From contig CACZGZ010000001.1 of the NCBI GenBank assembly GCA_902780845.1, positions 1 through 54,873 on the forward strand: 54,873 nucleotides of DNA, read 5' to 3'. The notes beneath the pieces were generated by a model, which was given only the letters and a program-made list of their open reading frames with translations, made no database searches and was not told where the DNA came from. Source of the stretch: an uncultured Eubacteriales bacterium. GTDB lineage: Bacteria; Bacillota; Clostridia; Peptostreptococcales; Anaerovoracaceae. The position numbers and the translations under genes are program-made. This document shows positions 1 through 9,408 of this stretch, in pieces; the stretch's first letter is position 1, and each line of letters starts with the position of its first letter.

Positions 1-1364
1 GGTCCGCAAAGGAGTATCATGCAGATAGCGTTAGGGATGATCATCAGAGCGTTGAAGATATCGGAGATGTTCCATGCGATATCGAAGGCTGTGATGCAAG
101 CGATGAAGGAAACTGCGGAGAATACGATTCTGTATGCCAGTGTGACGTTGGTGCTCTTTGTGAGATACTCAAGAGCTTTCTCACCGTAGTATTCCCAACC
201 GAGGATGGTGGAGAATGCGAAGAGTGCAAGTGAGATAGCTACGATCCATGCACCTGCCTGTCCGAGTACGGACTGGAATGCTGCGATGGTAAGAGGTGCA
301 CCCTGAAGCACGATCTTTCCGGATGCATCGTTTACGTTCTCCATAACGCCGGATGTCAGGATGGAAAGTCCGGTTACGGAACATACGATGAAGGTATCCC
401 AGAATGTACCGGTCATGGAAATGTAACCCTGCTTGATGTAGTCCTTGGAAGTGGTGGCAGCTGCTGCGATAGCAGCGGAACCCATACCAGCCTCATTGGA
501 GAAGCATCCACGAGCAACACCCTTTCTCATAGCCTGCATCATGCCTGCTACTACGGAACCTGCAACACCGCCTCCAACAGCCTGAACGGAGAATGCCATT
601 CTGAACATGTCTACGATAGCCTGAGGAAGAACCTTGATGTTAATGATGATAACAACAAGAGCAGATACGAAGTAGAGGATAGCCATTGCAGGAACTACCA
701 GAGATGATACTCTGGAGATGGACTGGATACCTCCGATTACTACTACGAGTACCAGGATGAATACTACAGCAGCTACTGCATAAGGGCTTACGCCGGATAC
801 AGTATTGAATGCGGATGCGATGGAGTTGCCCTGTGTAAGGTTACCGATACCGAATGATGCGATTACAGCGAATACTGCGAAGCAGATAGCAAGGAATCTT
901 CCGAATCCTTTTGCCTTCTCGCCGTAAACCTCGGGAATACCTCTTTCCATGGTAACCATTGGTCCGCCGAGCATCTCGCCCTTATCGTTCTGTGTACGAT
1001 AACGAAGAGCAAGCGCACACTCAGTAAACTTGGAAGTGAGTCCGAATGCAGCTGAGATCCACATCCAGACTAAAGCTCCGGGACCGCCTGCTGCAAGCGC
1101 TGATGCAACACCGGCGATGTTTCCGGTACCGATGGTAGCAGCAAGAGCTGTACAGAGAGCTGCGAAAGGAGAAACGTCTCCTTCACCCTCAGCCACACGA
1201 GCTTCTTTGGATAAAGTTGATTTGATAGCGTATCCTAATGTACGCCATGACAGGAATCCACACCTGAACGTCAGGTAGATACCTGTACCGACGAGTATGA
1301 TGAGCATGAAAGGCCCCCATACGAAATCGTCGATCTTCACTAGAAAATCATTGAAAGCTTCCAT
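1..1364 (-). CDS. Alanine/glycine:cation symporter (AGCS) family transporter; N-terminus present, C-terminus runs off the left window edge
   Basis: Absent from the ORF track because no stop lies in the window. Reverse-strand translation from ATG 1364-1362 reads MEAFNDFLVKIDDFVWGPFML... and stays open to position 1. It contains the AGCS signature ATIGTGNIAGVASALAAGGPGA (about 1081-1140). GGGAGGAAAGGA RBS lies upstream. Confidence 0.85.
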   Translation of the reverse strand, partial: MEAFNDFLVKIDDFVWGPFMLIILVGTGIYLTFRCGFLSWRTLGYAIKSTLSKEARVAEGEGDVSPFAALCTALAATIGTGNIAGVASALAAGGPGALVWMWISAAFGLTSKFTECALALRYRTQNDKGEMLGGPMVTMERGIPEVYGEKAKGFGRFLAICFAVFAVIASFGIGNLTQGNSIASAFNTVSGVSPYAVAAVVFILVLVVVIGGIQSISRVSSLVVPAMAILYFVSALVVIIINIKVLPQAIVDMFRMAFSVQAVGGGVAGSVVAGMMQAMRKGVARGCFSNEAGMGSAAIAAAATTSKDYIKQGYISMTGTFWDTFIVCSVTGLSILTSGVMENVNDASGKIVLQGAPLTIAAFQSVLGQAGAWIVAISLALFAFSTILGWEYYGEKALEYLTKSTNVTLAYRIVFSAVSFIACITAFDIAWNISDIFNALMIIPNAICMILLCG

Positions 1365-1459
1365 AATATGATTCCTTTCCTCCCATATGTGATACTATCC
1401 TGATAAAAAACGGATATGGGAAAAAATAATAAAACCCGGATAGTATCTCCGTTTAATAA

Positions 1460-1488
1460 ATTTTAGTACTTTAGTGTGTTATTGTCAA
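1460..1488 (-). promoter_or_regulatory. Sigma-A type promoter of the AGCS gene (TTGACA-17-TAAAAT)
   Basis: Reverse strand reads cTTGACAataacacactaaagtacTAAAATtt. The -35 is 1488-1483 and the -10 is 1465-1460, giving a leader of about 90 nt to the ATG. Confidence 0.6.
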
Positions 1489-1680
1489 GAAACCCGAGCA
1501 ATGTATACAAAAATAGTACAATACACAACTGTTATACCAACTGCAAAAAATTTTTCATGTATTATGTTAATTATTTTGTAAAAATATGATATACTCTCTT
1601 ATAAATATTGCCGATATTGCAACTTTATACTAAAACGGCATACACATCTAAAAGGTATTATCTGAAAGGAGATTATTCTA

Positions 1681-3231
1681 ATGAAGAAAGCATTCAAAAT
1701 GCCTACGGCATTGACCATCGTAATGATCTTCCTCATCATCGTAGGGATCATGACATGGTTCGTGCCCACATCTGTGGTAATTGAGAATGACGCAGGCGAA
1801 AAAGAGATCGTCTTCAACGCTGCTTTTGATGAAGACGGCAATGTGATCGAAAATGCAGGAACAAGCCCGGTAGGACTCTGGGACCTTTTCACCGCTCCTA
1901 TCAACGGTATGACAGATGCTGTTGAAGTCGCATCCGCCATCCTGGTATCCGGAGGTCTCATCGCAGTCCTGACCAAGGTAGGCGCCATGGACGCAGCTAT
2001 CGGCGGACTTTTAAGAAAGTTCAAAGGAAGCACCCTCATCATCATCCTCATGATCGTATTCTCTCTCATGGGTACAGTATACGGAGCATGGGAAGAGATG
2101 CCCGCTTACGCACTTATCATCCTGCCCATGTTCGTGGCAGCAGGATATGACTCCATCACAGGCTTCCTGGTAATCATGATCGGTACCATCGCAGGTAATA
2201 TGGCTGACGTAGTTAACCCCTATGCAGTCGGAGCCGCAGTTGCCGCCATCGGCAACCCCGAGCTTTCCATCGGAGACGGCATCCTTCTGAGACTTGTGCT
2301 CTATGTGGTCATCCTCGTAATGGGTATCCTCTACGTATTGAGATACGCTAAGAAAGTAAAAGACAACCCTCAGGCCTCTCCCGTTTACGGAGTAGAGATG
2401 AACATCGCTCACGAAGAAGCCAGCACGAATGAATTGGTGGAACTCACTCCCAAGAGGATCTGGTCACTGGTAGTATTCGGTATCGTTATCCTTCTTTGCG
2501 TTCTGGGCTACGTTCCCTGGGATTCCATCGAGACCGCCAACGGTACCCTGTTCGACGGTATCAATGCATTCAAGTATGCTCTGAGCGATTCCGTTATCGG
2601 TAAGTTCCTCGGCATACCCAACTTCACCGAATTCGCATGGTGGTACTTTGTTGAGTTCTCAGCAGTATGGCTGCTTGGTGCCGTAGTTATCGGCTTCATC
2701 AACAAGATGCCCGAAAAGGAATGGGTAAAGACCTTCACACAGGGTGCTGCTGACCTGGTAGGCGTAGTACTCGTACTTGCTACCTCCAGAGGTATCTCCA
2801 TCTTCATGGGTGACAGAACATACGGCATGAGCATCACCTTCATTTACTGGATCCAGAACGCTCTGACATCCGTACCTCTCTGGGCATTCGTAATCGCTGC
2901 AGTAGTTGCTTACCTCCTCATCGGTATCTTCCTGCAGTCCACCTCCGGCGTATCCGGAATCACGATGCCTATCTTCGGAGCTGTTGCAATGGCACTCTTT
3001 GCAAACTCCGCAGTAGGTTCAGTAGGCGGACAGGCATTACTCATCTCAGCATTTACATTAGGTATCAACTTCATCTGCGGATTCTATCCTGAATCCACAA
3101 ACATGGGTATCTGCGAAATGGCCAACGTACCTTACAACGTATTCCTCAAGGTATGGCTGAAGATACTTATCCCGATGCTTATCGTAGGCACCGCGATAAT
3201 CTCAATTGCGCCTTATATCCATCTGGTATAA
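1681..3231 (+). CDS. YfcC-family (DcuC superfamily) integral membrane carrier, putative amino-acid/peptide transporter
   Basis: 516-aa polytopic ORF. The N-terminus MKKAFKMPTALTIVMIFLIIVGIMTWFVP and the central ...AAGYDSITGFLVIMIGT...VNPY... block match my memory of E. coli YfcC. RBS GAAAGGAG lies 9 nt upstream. Confidence 0.8.
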   Translation: MKKAFKMPTALTIVMIFLIIVGIMTWFVPTSVVIENDAGEKEIVFNAAFDEDGNVIENAGTSPVGLWDLFTAPINGMTDAVEVASAILVSGGLIAVLTKVGAMDAAIGGLLRKFKGSTLIIILMIVFSLMGTVYGAWEEMPAYALIILPMFVAAGYDSITGFLVIMIGTIAGNMADVVNPYAVGAAVAAIGNPELSIGDGILLRLVLYVVILVMGILYVLRYAKKVKDNPQASPVYGVEMNIAHEEASTNELVELTPKRIWSLVVFGIVILLCVLGYVPWDSIETANGTLFDGINAFKYALSDSVIGKFLGIPNFTEFAWWYFVEFSAVWLLGAVVIGFINKMPEKEWVKTFTQGAADLVGVVLVLATSRGISIFMGDRTYGMSITFIYWIQNALTSVPLWAFVIAAVVAYLLIGIFLQSTSGVSGITMPIFGAVAMALFANSAVGSVGGQALLISAFTLGINFICGFYPESTNMGICEMANVPYNVFLKVWLKILIPMLIVGTAIISIAPYIHLV

Positions 3232-3242
3232 AAAATCTTCAT

Positions 3243-3276
3243 GCAGGGCAGTAAACTGCTGCCCTGCAATTTTTTT
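3243..3276 (+). terminator. Rho-independent terminator after the YfcC-family gene
   Basis: GCAGGGCAG-taaactg-CTGCCCTGC stem-loop followed by AATTTTTTT. It lies inside the 5' extension of track ORF 3241-4626, which argues for the later start of that gene. Confidence 0.8.
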
Positions 3277-3294
3277 AGAATAACGGTAGAAAAT

Positions 3295-4626
3295 ATGAAA
3301 GATTATATAAAGATAATAGAAGATAACAAGGAAGAGATGCTTCAGACCCTGGCTGATCTGGTAGCCATACCCTCTGTGGTATCCGCTCCGGATGGCGACT
3401 ATCCCTACGGTGCCGAGGTCCAGAGAGCTTACGAGTTCATGATGGCCAAGGCCGAAAAGGACGGTTTCATCACAAAGAACGTTGACAACCAGGGCGGTCA
3501 CCTGGACTTCCCGGGTAAGACGGACGATCTTATCGCAGTGGTCGGACACCTCGACGTGGTCCCCGCAGGAGACCCCGCCAACTGGAACACTGATCCCTTC
3601 AAGGCCGAGATCATAGACGGAAAGATGTACGGAAGAGGCACCATCGATGACAAAGGACCCCTTCTCGCAGGCTACTATGCGGTCAAAGCCTTAAAGGAAG
3701 CAGGCTTCGAACCCACAAAGACCATCCGCGTGATGCTGGGTCTTGACGAGGAGACAAACTGGTACGGCATGGAGTACTATATGGAACGCGAGAAGGCTCC
3801 CGTTGCGGGCTTCTCCCCCGACGCTGAGTTCCCCGTGATCCACGGTGAAAAGGGCATGATCTCCTTCAACCTCACGAAGAAGATCGACCTTTCAGGAGAA
3901 GGCGGCTTAAGACTCATCTCCCTTAAAGGCGGCACCGTTTCCAACGCCGTCCCCGACAGCGCAAAAGCAGTGATAGCCTACGGAGATAAGGTCACAGAGA
4001 TCACCGCAAAAGGCGTCTCCGCCCACGCATCCACACCGGAGCTCGGAACAAATGCGATCTCAGTCCTCTTCGATATGCTCGGATCCAAAGAATTCGCCCA
4101 GAAGGACGCCAACGACATAATCGGTTTCTTTAACGACCGCCTGGGATTCGATATCAACGGAGAAAGGTTCGGCATACCTTTCGAGGATGAGCCCTCCGGC
4201 AAGCTTACCCTTAACGCAGGCATCGCCGAGATCGAGAACGATCAGGCCAAGCTGGTGATCGACGTGCGTTACCCCGTGACCTTCACCCTTGAACAGGTCA
4301 TGGAAGGCGTACACAAGGTCTGCGACCCCTTCGGCTGGGAGATCACCGAGAATACCGGAGCGGGCCCGCTTTACAAGCCTGCCGACGATCCTCTTGTAGT
4401 GACCCTCATGGACATCTACAAAAAATACACAGGTCAGCACGACGCCAAGCCCATCACAATGGGAGGCGCCACCTACGCCAGAGCGGTGCCGAACACAGTG
4501 GCCTTCGGCCCGGTCTTCCCCGGCGAAGTCGACCTCTGCCACCAGCCCAACGAGTACATCGACATCGAAGACATGGTGACCAGCACCAAGATCTTCGCAG
4601 AAGCCCTGTACGAGCTGGCAAAATAA
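3295..4626 (+). CDS. pepV: M20-family metallo-dipeptidase (PepV/Sapep type)
   Basis: M20 motifs VGHLDVVPAGD, YGRGTIDDKGP and LGLDEETNW are present. The start is moved to ATG 3295 (MKDYIKIIEDNKEEM...) because 3243-3276 is a terminator hairpin. Confidence 0.8.
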   Translation: MKDYIKIIEDNKEEMLQTLADLVAIPSVVSAPDGDYPYGAEVQRAYEFMMAKAEKDGFITKNVDNQGGHLDFPGKTDDLIAVVGHLDVVPAGDPANWNTDPFKAEIIDGKMYGRGTIDDKGPLLAGYYAVKALKEAGFEPTKTIRVMLGLDEETNWYGMEYYMEREKAPVAGFSPDAEFPVIHGEKGMISFNLTKKIDLSGEGGLRLISLKGGTVSNAVPDSAKAVIAYGDKVTEITAKGVSAHASTPELGTNAISVLFDMLGSKEFAQKDANDIIGFFNDRLGFDINGERFGIPFEDEPSGKLTLNAGIAEIENDQAKLVIDVRYPVTFTLEQVMEGVHKVCDPFGWEITENTGAGPLYKPADDPLVVTLMDIYKKYTGQHDAKPITMGGATYARAVPNTVAFGPVFPGEVDLCHQPNEYIDIEDMVTSTKIFAEALYELAK

Positions 4627-4643
4627 TCCAAATCAAAACGAAT

Positions 4644-4672
4644 AAAGCTACCGGCGTGCCGGTAGCTTTTTT
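4644..4672. terminator. Bidirectional rho-independent terminator between convergent pepV and the 4671-5459 gene
   Basis: AGCTACCGGC-gt-GCCGGTAGCT stem flanked by AAA on one side and TTTTTT on the other. Confidence 0.75.
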
Positions 4673-5459
4673 ATAGGAAATGTTTCCTGATTAGTTCTTC
4701 TACAGATTTGACCTCCAGTGGAAATTTTCTTGTCTCCAAGGTTATGAGCAGATCATCTCCAAGAACAAAGCCATTTCTTTCATAAATATGAAGTTTAAAA
4801 ACGTTATCATTTGCGTATGACAGGCTGTCCATCATACCAAAATGCTCGACCCAGATCTCTTTGCGCTCCCGAACATTAAGCCCGACGAAATCAGGTCTCA
4901 CCCAGCCTTTACCCTTCAGGTACAGCTTCGGTTCAAAGACATGAGGCACGTTGAACCTATCAAATGAGTCCGCCCAGAGTTGTTCTGATTTTGATCTGAC
5001 CCTGTAGCCTTCCGCCGTAAGAATCTCAGGGTCATTGTCATCAAATCCCATGGGTTCGCATTTTTTGCTCTCCAGCCATTGCCTGATGAACTCGTCATCA
5101 GGGAGTCTGACCGGCGTGACCAGTTTCTGTCTGACCGGCGAGAGCGAGTTGTAGATCTCTTCAGCGGAACTCATTTGCTGCTCTATCATCTCATCCAGAA
5201 GCCGCAGTTCCTCTTCGGCAGCATTTAAGATTTTTAGATCATAATCCTTTTGAGCAAGTTTCTTTATAGTTTCGACATCTTTTCTGGAAATGTATTTTTT
5301 TATCCCTTTTCTGACAGAATAATATGATGTATACCCTTTGTACGTCATAGTTCTCAGATTTCCATCGGGATATTGTTCAATAAAACCTTTCTTTTCAGCT
5401 AAAACGTCTTCAAGATACCTTTTCCTGGCATCAAGTAAATTTTTAAAATTGTTGTTCAT
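4671..5459 (-). CDS. Hypothetical protein: N-terminal coiled-coil-like region plus C-terminal PD-(D/E)xK-like (restriction-endonuclease fold) domain
   Basis: Start set at ATG 5459 (MNNNFKNLLDARK...), 5 nt after an AGGAGGG RBS. The track start at 5531 has no RBS. The C-terminal pattern RVRSKSE...(30 aa)...RPDF...EIWVEHFGMMD is nuclease-fold-like. The family assignment is from memory only. Confidence 0.6.
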   Translation of the reverse strand: MNNNFKNLLDARKRYLEDVLAEKKGFIEQYPDGNLRTMTYKGYTSYYSVRKGIKKYISRKDVETIKKLAQKDYDLKILNAAEEELRLLDEMIEQQMSSAEEIYNSLSPVRQKLVTPVRLPDDEFIRQWLESKKCEPMGFDDNDPEILTAEGYRVRSKSEQLWADSFDRFNVPHVFEPKLYLKGKGWVRPDFVGLNVRERKEIWVEHFGMMDSLSYANDNVFKLHIYERNGFVLGDDLLITLETRKFPLEVKSVEELIRKHFL

Positions 5460-5504
5460 GTTTCCCTCCTGATTATTCATAATCTTTAATTTGAAAAAAA
5501 CCTG

Positions 5505-5688
5505 ATAGGTCTTCTTTTGCAAAATACCCAATTAGGACCTATTATTTTGCTGATTTTTGAACAATATAGCAAGAAAAATAGGTCTGAAAATATCAAAGCA
5601 ACAAATCAGACCTACTATTTCTATTCATTCTGTGAATAAGTTCCAAAATTATAGGTCTATTTTTTGATTTTTAGAGAATAAGACCTAT
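5505..5688. repeat. Three inverted-repeat units ATAGGTCT-N22/24-AGACCTAT at an exact 73-bp period
   Basis: Left arms ATAGGTCT at 5505, 5578 and 5651. Right arms are AGGACCTAT at 5534-5542, AGACCTAC at 5608-5615 and AGACCTAT at 5681-5688. The spacers between arms are unrelated in sequence. Confidence 0.7.
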
Positions 5689-5748
5689 ATCCCGGAACCC
5701 CTTCTATGTCCAACAGTCCATTCCCCAAAATACCCTTGCTCAAACTGC

Positions 5749-7578
5749 TCATTTCTTCCCCCACACCTCTGAGATCGCTGCGTCTTCGTACTGGCGCATC
5801 CAGAGGGTGTAGTAGTATCCTTTCTTTGCGAGCAGCTCCTCGTGTCTTCCCTGCTCTACGATCTTTCCGTCGTCCACGACCAGGATGATATCGGCGTTCT
5901 TTACGGTAGACAGCCTGTGGGCGATCACTATGGATGTCCTTCCCTTTATTACCTGGTCGATTGCGGCCTGGATCTTTTGTTCCGTAATGGTGTCCACGGA
6001 AGCCGTCGCTTCGTCCAGCACCACGATCTTCGGATCTGCGATTATCGCTCTCGCAAAAGATATAAGCTGCTTTTCTCCCGTCGAAAGAAGGTCCCCTCCT
6101 TCTCCGACATCTGTCTCTATCCCCTTCTCAAGTTTATCGAGAACGCCTTCCAGCGACACCAGTCCGATGGCGCGCTGTATCTCTTCCTCCGTCGCATCAG
6201 GCTTTCCGTAAATCATGTTGTCCCTGATGGTCCCCGAGAAAAGGTGCGGCGCCTGAAGCACGTATCCGAGAGCCGAATGGAGCCAGAGCTGTGAGCGCTC
6301 CCTGGCGTCCTTTCCGTCGATCAGAAGTCTCCCGCGAGTCGGCTCGTAGAACCTGCAGATGATGTTCGCCAGGGTGGATTTTCCCGCTCCCGTCTCGCCG
6401 ACGATCGCCACGTTTGTTCCAAACGGTATCTTAAGGTTAAAGTCTTCCAAAATATACTCGTCACCGTCCGGATATTTGAAATCCACGTGTTCGAATTCTA
6501 TATCTCCCTTGATGGGTTCCCAGTTTTCAGTCTTCGGATCGAAGCAGTCGCCGTATTTTGCGATGACTTCCTCGCTGTCTGTGACAGTTGGCTTCAGGTT
6601 AAGCAGGTCCGTGAACCTTCCGATATTTACCTGAGCCTGTACCAGAAGCGCCAGCACTTCCACAAGCCATCTGACGGGCTCCATCAGATCCTGTGCGTAG
6701 CTCATGAAGAGTGAGAAGGTTCCTACCTGATCAGCTGCAAGGATCCCGCCCTTCCAGAGCACCAGAGCCAGTGCGCAGGACGAAGCCATGTTCGTGATCA
6801 TGGAGAAGGCTCCGTAGGTCCTTGCGGACTGCATGACCTTCCTCTTCATGTGGGAGGTCTCCTTCATGAACTCCTCGTCGGTCTTTTCCTCGATGGCCAG
6901 GGACTTGATGGTCTTGGCCCCGGTTATTCCCTCGTTGAAGTTTCCCGTGATGGTGGAGTTTATCTCCCTGATCTGGTGATGCAGGTCGAAGAGCCTTCCC
7001 TGGAAGAAGGCGAAAAGCACGATGATCACGGGCACCACCAGGAATACCAGCCCGGTGAGTTTCACGTCGATGCCCAGCATTACAACCGCAGCGCCCAGCA
7101 CATAAAGCGCAAAATACGTTCCGTCGAAGAGCTGCCAGGTGAAGAGCTCACCTATCCTCGAGGTATCGCTCATGACCCTTGCGTGGATGTAGCCCACGCT
7201 GTTCTGATTGTAGTAGTCGAAGGACAGTTCCTGAAGGTGAGCGAAGGCCTTATCCCTCATATCCCTGTCCATGCTGACCTCGGTGGCAAGACAGCCCTTG
7301 ACTCCGAAGTAGCTGATTACAGCCGTCAGCACTATGAGAAGCACGTATACAAACGCGAACGGAACTATGCCGTCAAGCGTTGACTCCCTGACGAAGTGGT
7401 CAAGGGCGAACTTCTGGAGCACCGGCCTCAGGACATCCGAAATACTGCAAAGTATCTGCGCCGTGACCAGTCCTATGAACTGCTTTTTATATGGTTTCGC
7501 AAAGGGAAGTATCCTCGGGATGCCGAAGAAAGGAAGAGCTATGCGCTTTTGTTTCGTGTCCGATCTTTTATCAGTCAT
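5749..7578 (-). CDS. ABC exporter, fused permease/ATPase subunit (multidrug/lipid-type, heterodimer partner B)
   Basis: 609 aa. N-terminal 6-TM domain, Walker A GETGAGKST, signature LSTGEKQ, Walker B IVVLDEA. Its start overlaps the upstream partner by 8 nt (7571-7578). Confidence 0.9.
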   Translation of the reverse strand: MTDKRSDTKQKRIALPFFGIPRILPFAKPYKKQFIGLVTAQILCSISDVLRPVLQKFALDHFVRESTLDGIVPFAFVYVLLIVLTAVISYFGVKGCLATEVSMDRDMRDKAFAHLQELSFDYYNQNSVGYIHARVMSDTSRIGELFTWQLFDGTYFALYVLGAAVVMLGIDVKLTGLVFLVVPVIIVLFAFFQGRLFDLHHQIREINSTITGNFNEGITGAKTIKSLAIEEKTDEEFMKETSHMKRKVMQSARTYGAFSMITNMASSCALALVLWKGGILAADQVGTFSLFMSYAQDLMEPVRWLVEVLALLVQAQVNIGRFTDLLNLKPTVTDSEEVIAKYGDCFDPKTENWEPIKGDIEFEHVDFKYPDGDEYILEDFNLKIPFGTNVAIVGETGAGKSTLANIICRFYEPTRGRLLIDGKDARERSQLWLHSALGYVLQAPHLFSGTIRDNMIYGKPDATEEEIQRAIGLVSLEGVLDKLEKGIETDVGEGGDLLSTGEKQLISFARAIIADPKIVVLDEATASVDTITEQKIQAAIDQVIKGRTSIVIAHRLSTVKNADIILVVDDGKIVEQGRHEELLAKKGYYYTLWMRQYEDAAISEVWGKK

Positions 7579-9406
7579 GGCGCACCTCCTCTCCGCTTAT
7601 TCCGAGCTGGATCTCATATATCTTCTGATATATGCCGCCTGCGGTCTTGAGTTCCTCAGGCGTTCCCTGCTCTGTGATCCTGCCCTTGTCCAGGACCACC
7701 ACCTTGTCCGCCTTGGACAGGGTCGTTATCCTGTGTGAGATTATGATGATCGTAGCCGTTCCGAACCTCTCCTCAAGGGAAGCCCTGATCCTGGCGTCCG
7801 TCTTGTTATCCACCGCGGACAAAGAATCGTCAAGTATCATGATGGGCGCGTCCTGAGTGAGTGCACGGGCAATCGCTGTCCTCTGCTTCTGTCCTCCTGA
7901 AAGGGTCACTCCCCTCTCTCCCACGAAGGTGTCGTAGCCTTCACTGAAACCTTCGATCGCTTCAGTAAGGCACGCAGCTTCAGCGGCCCTTTCTATGTCC
8001 TTTAACTGCAGATGTTCGTTGGCTATTCCAATATTGTCTTTTAACGATCTGGAGAAGAGATATGGCTCCTGAAGCACCATCGCGATGTTTTTTCTGAGGT
8101 GCTGGGTCCTGATATCCCTGATATCCACTCCGCCGATGGTTATTCTGCCGCGGCCCTCCGGTATATCGTAGAGCTTGTCCAGAAGGAGCATCAGCGTGCT
8201 CTTTCCGGAACCGGTTCCTCCGAGGATGCCCAGGGTGGATCCCGCAGGTATCTCTATATTTATATCCTTCAATATGTCATGACCCTCTTCATAGCAGAAG
8301 GTTATGCCCTCGAAACGGATGTCTCCCGTCATGTCATAGTCAGCTGCTCCCGGACGGTCGTGTTCCTCTTCTGAATCCATGATGTAGGCAAGTCTGTCAA
8401 GGGAAACTCCCGCCTTTGCCATCTCTGAAAGCATCCTTCCGAGCCTCCTTATGGGGAAACTCAGCATGCCGTTATACGATACGAAGGCCACGTATTCGCC
8501 GGAAGTCATCTCACCTTTAACTGCGAGAACCGCTCCGAATACCGTCACCAGCAAGATCTGGAGACCGCAAAGTATATCCTGAATGGAGAAGAACTTGCCT
8601 ATGACGTGACCCATGTGCACCCAAAGGCTGCAGTAGTAGTCGTTCTGTTTTTTGAAGCGCTCCTTCTCCAGTTTTTCGTTTGCAAAGGCGCGGACCACCC
8701 TGACTCCCGTCAGGTTCTCCTGAACTATGTTGGAGACGAGTCCCTCGTTCTCATCGCACTCCTTGAATCCAGTGTGCATCTCCTTTCTGAAGAGCACTGA
8801 ATATGCGAGGATGATGGGGATGGGAACGGTAGCGATAATTGCCATTTTCACGTTCATGCTGAACATGAAATAAAGCGACATGGCTATCAGTATGGTTATC
8901 CTGAATACGGTGGTCAGCTGTTCAGCCACGAAGGTCCTTATCCTGTCTACGTCCGTGGTGCAGCGCTGGATGATGTCTCCGGTGCTGTTCTTCATGTGCC
9001 AGGCATAGGGAAGCCTCGAGATATGTGAAAAGAGGGTATCCCTCATGTTCTTCACCAGAACTTCGGAACCCGCGGTGTTAAGCATGGTGGTTCCGAACTG
9101 GGCAGCCACCCTGATCAGTCCCAGGCAGGCTATAGCCAAAGCCGGTATCCAAAGGTTCTGACCTATATGACTGAAACCTCCCAGGTCTTCCACGACGGAG
9201 TTCACCCATTCCGGGAACTGTGATTCCTTGCCGCCTATGGCGTTATCTATGGTCCCTCTGATGATCTGAGGGTTCAGCATGTCCACCAAAGTCATCAGGG
9301 CCGAGCTTAAAATGCTCAGCACAAAAAGAAGCTTACTGCCCTCCAGGAACTGAAGGAGAAGCTTCGTTTGTGATCTTTTGACGTTGGCTTCGGTTGTTTT
9401 CTGCAT
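7571..9406 (-). CDS. ABC exporter, fused permease/ATPase subunit (heterodimer partner A)
   Basis: 611 aa. TM domain followed by Walker A GGTGSGKST, signature LSGGQKQ and Walker B IMILDDS. Confidence 0.9.
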   Translation of the reverse strand: MQKTTEANVKRSQTKLLLQFLEGSKLLFVLSILSSALMTLVDMLNPQIIRGTIDNAIGGKESQFPEWVNSVVEDLGGFSHIGQNLWIPALAIACLGLIRVAAQFGTTMLNTAGSEVLVKNMRDTLFSHISRLPYAWHMKNSTGDIIQRCTTDVDRIRTFVAEQLTTVFRITILIAMSLYFMFSMNVKMAIIATVPIPIILAYSVLFRKEMHTGFKECDENEGLVSNIVQENLTGVRVVRAFANEKLEKERFKKQNDYYCSLWVHMGHVIGKFFSIQDILCGLQILLVTVFGAVLAVKGEMTSGEYVAFVSYNGMLSFPIRRLGRMLSEMAKAGVSLDRLAYIMDSEEEHDRPGAADYDMTGDIRFEGITFCYEEGHDILKDINIEIPAGSTLGILGGTGSGKSTLMLLLDKLYDIPEGRGRITIGGVDIRDIRTQHLRKNIAMVLQEPYLFSRSLKDNIGIANEHLQLKDIERAAEAACLTEAIEGFSEGYDTFVGERGVTLSGGQKQRTAIARALTQDAPIMILDDSLSAVDNKTDARIRASLEERFGTATIIIISHRITTLSKADKVVVLDKGRITEQGTPEELKTAGGIYQKIYEIQLGISGEEVRHD

Positions 9407-9408
9407 TA

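Noticed and set aside
3241-3294. 18-codon N-terminal extension of the pepV ORF given in the track.
   Set aside because: The extension consists of the YfcC-gene terminator stem-loop plus its T-tract. The ATG at 3295 gives a normal PepV N-terminus.
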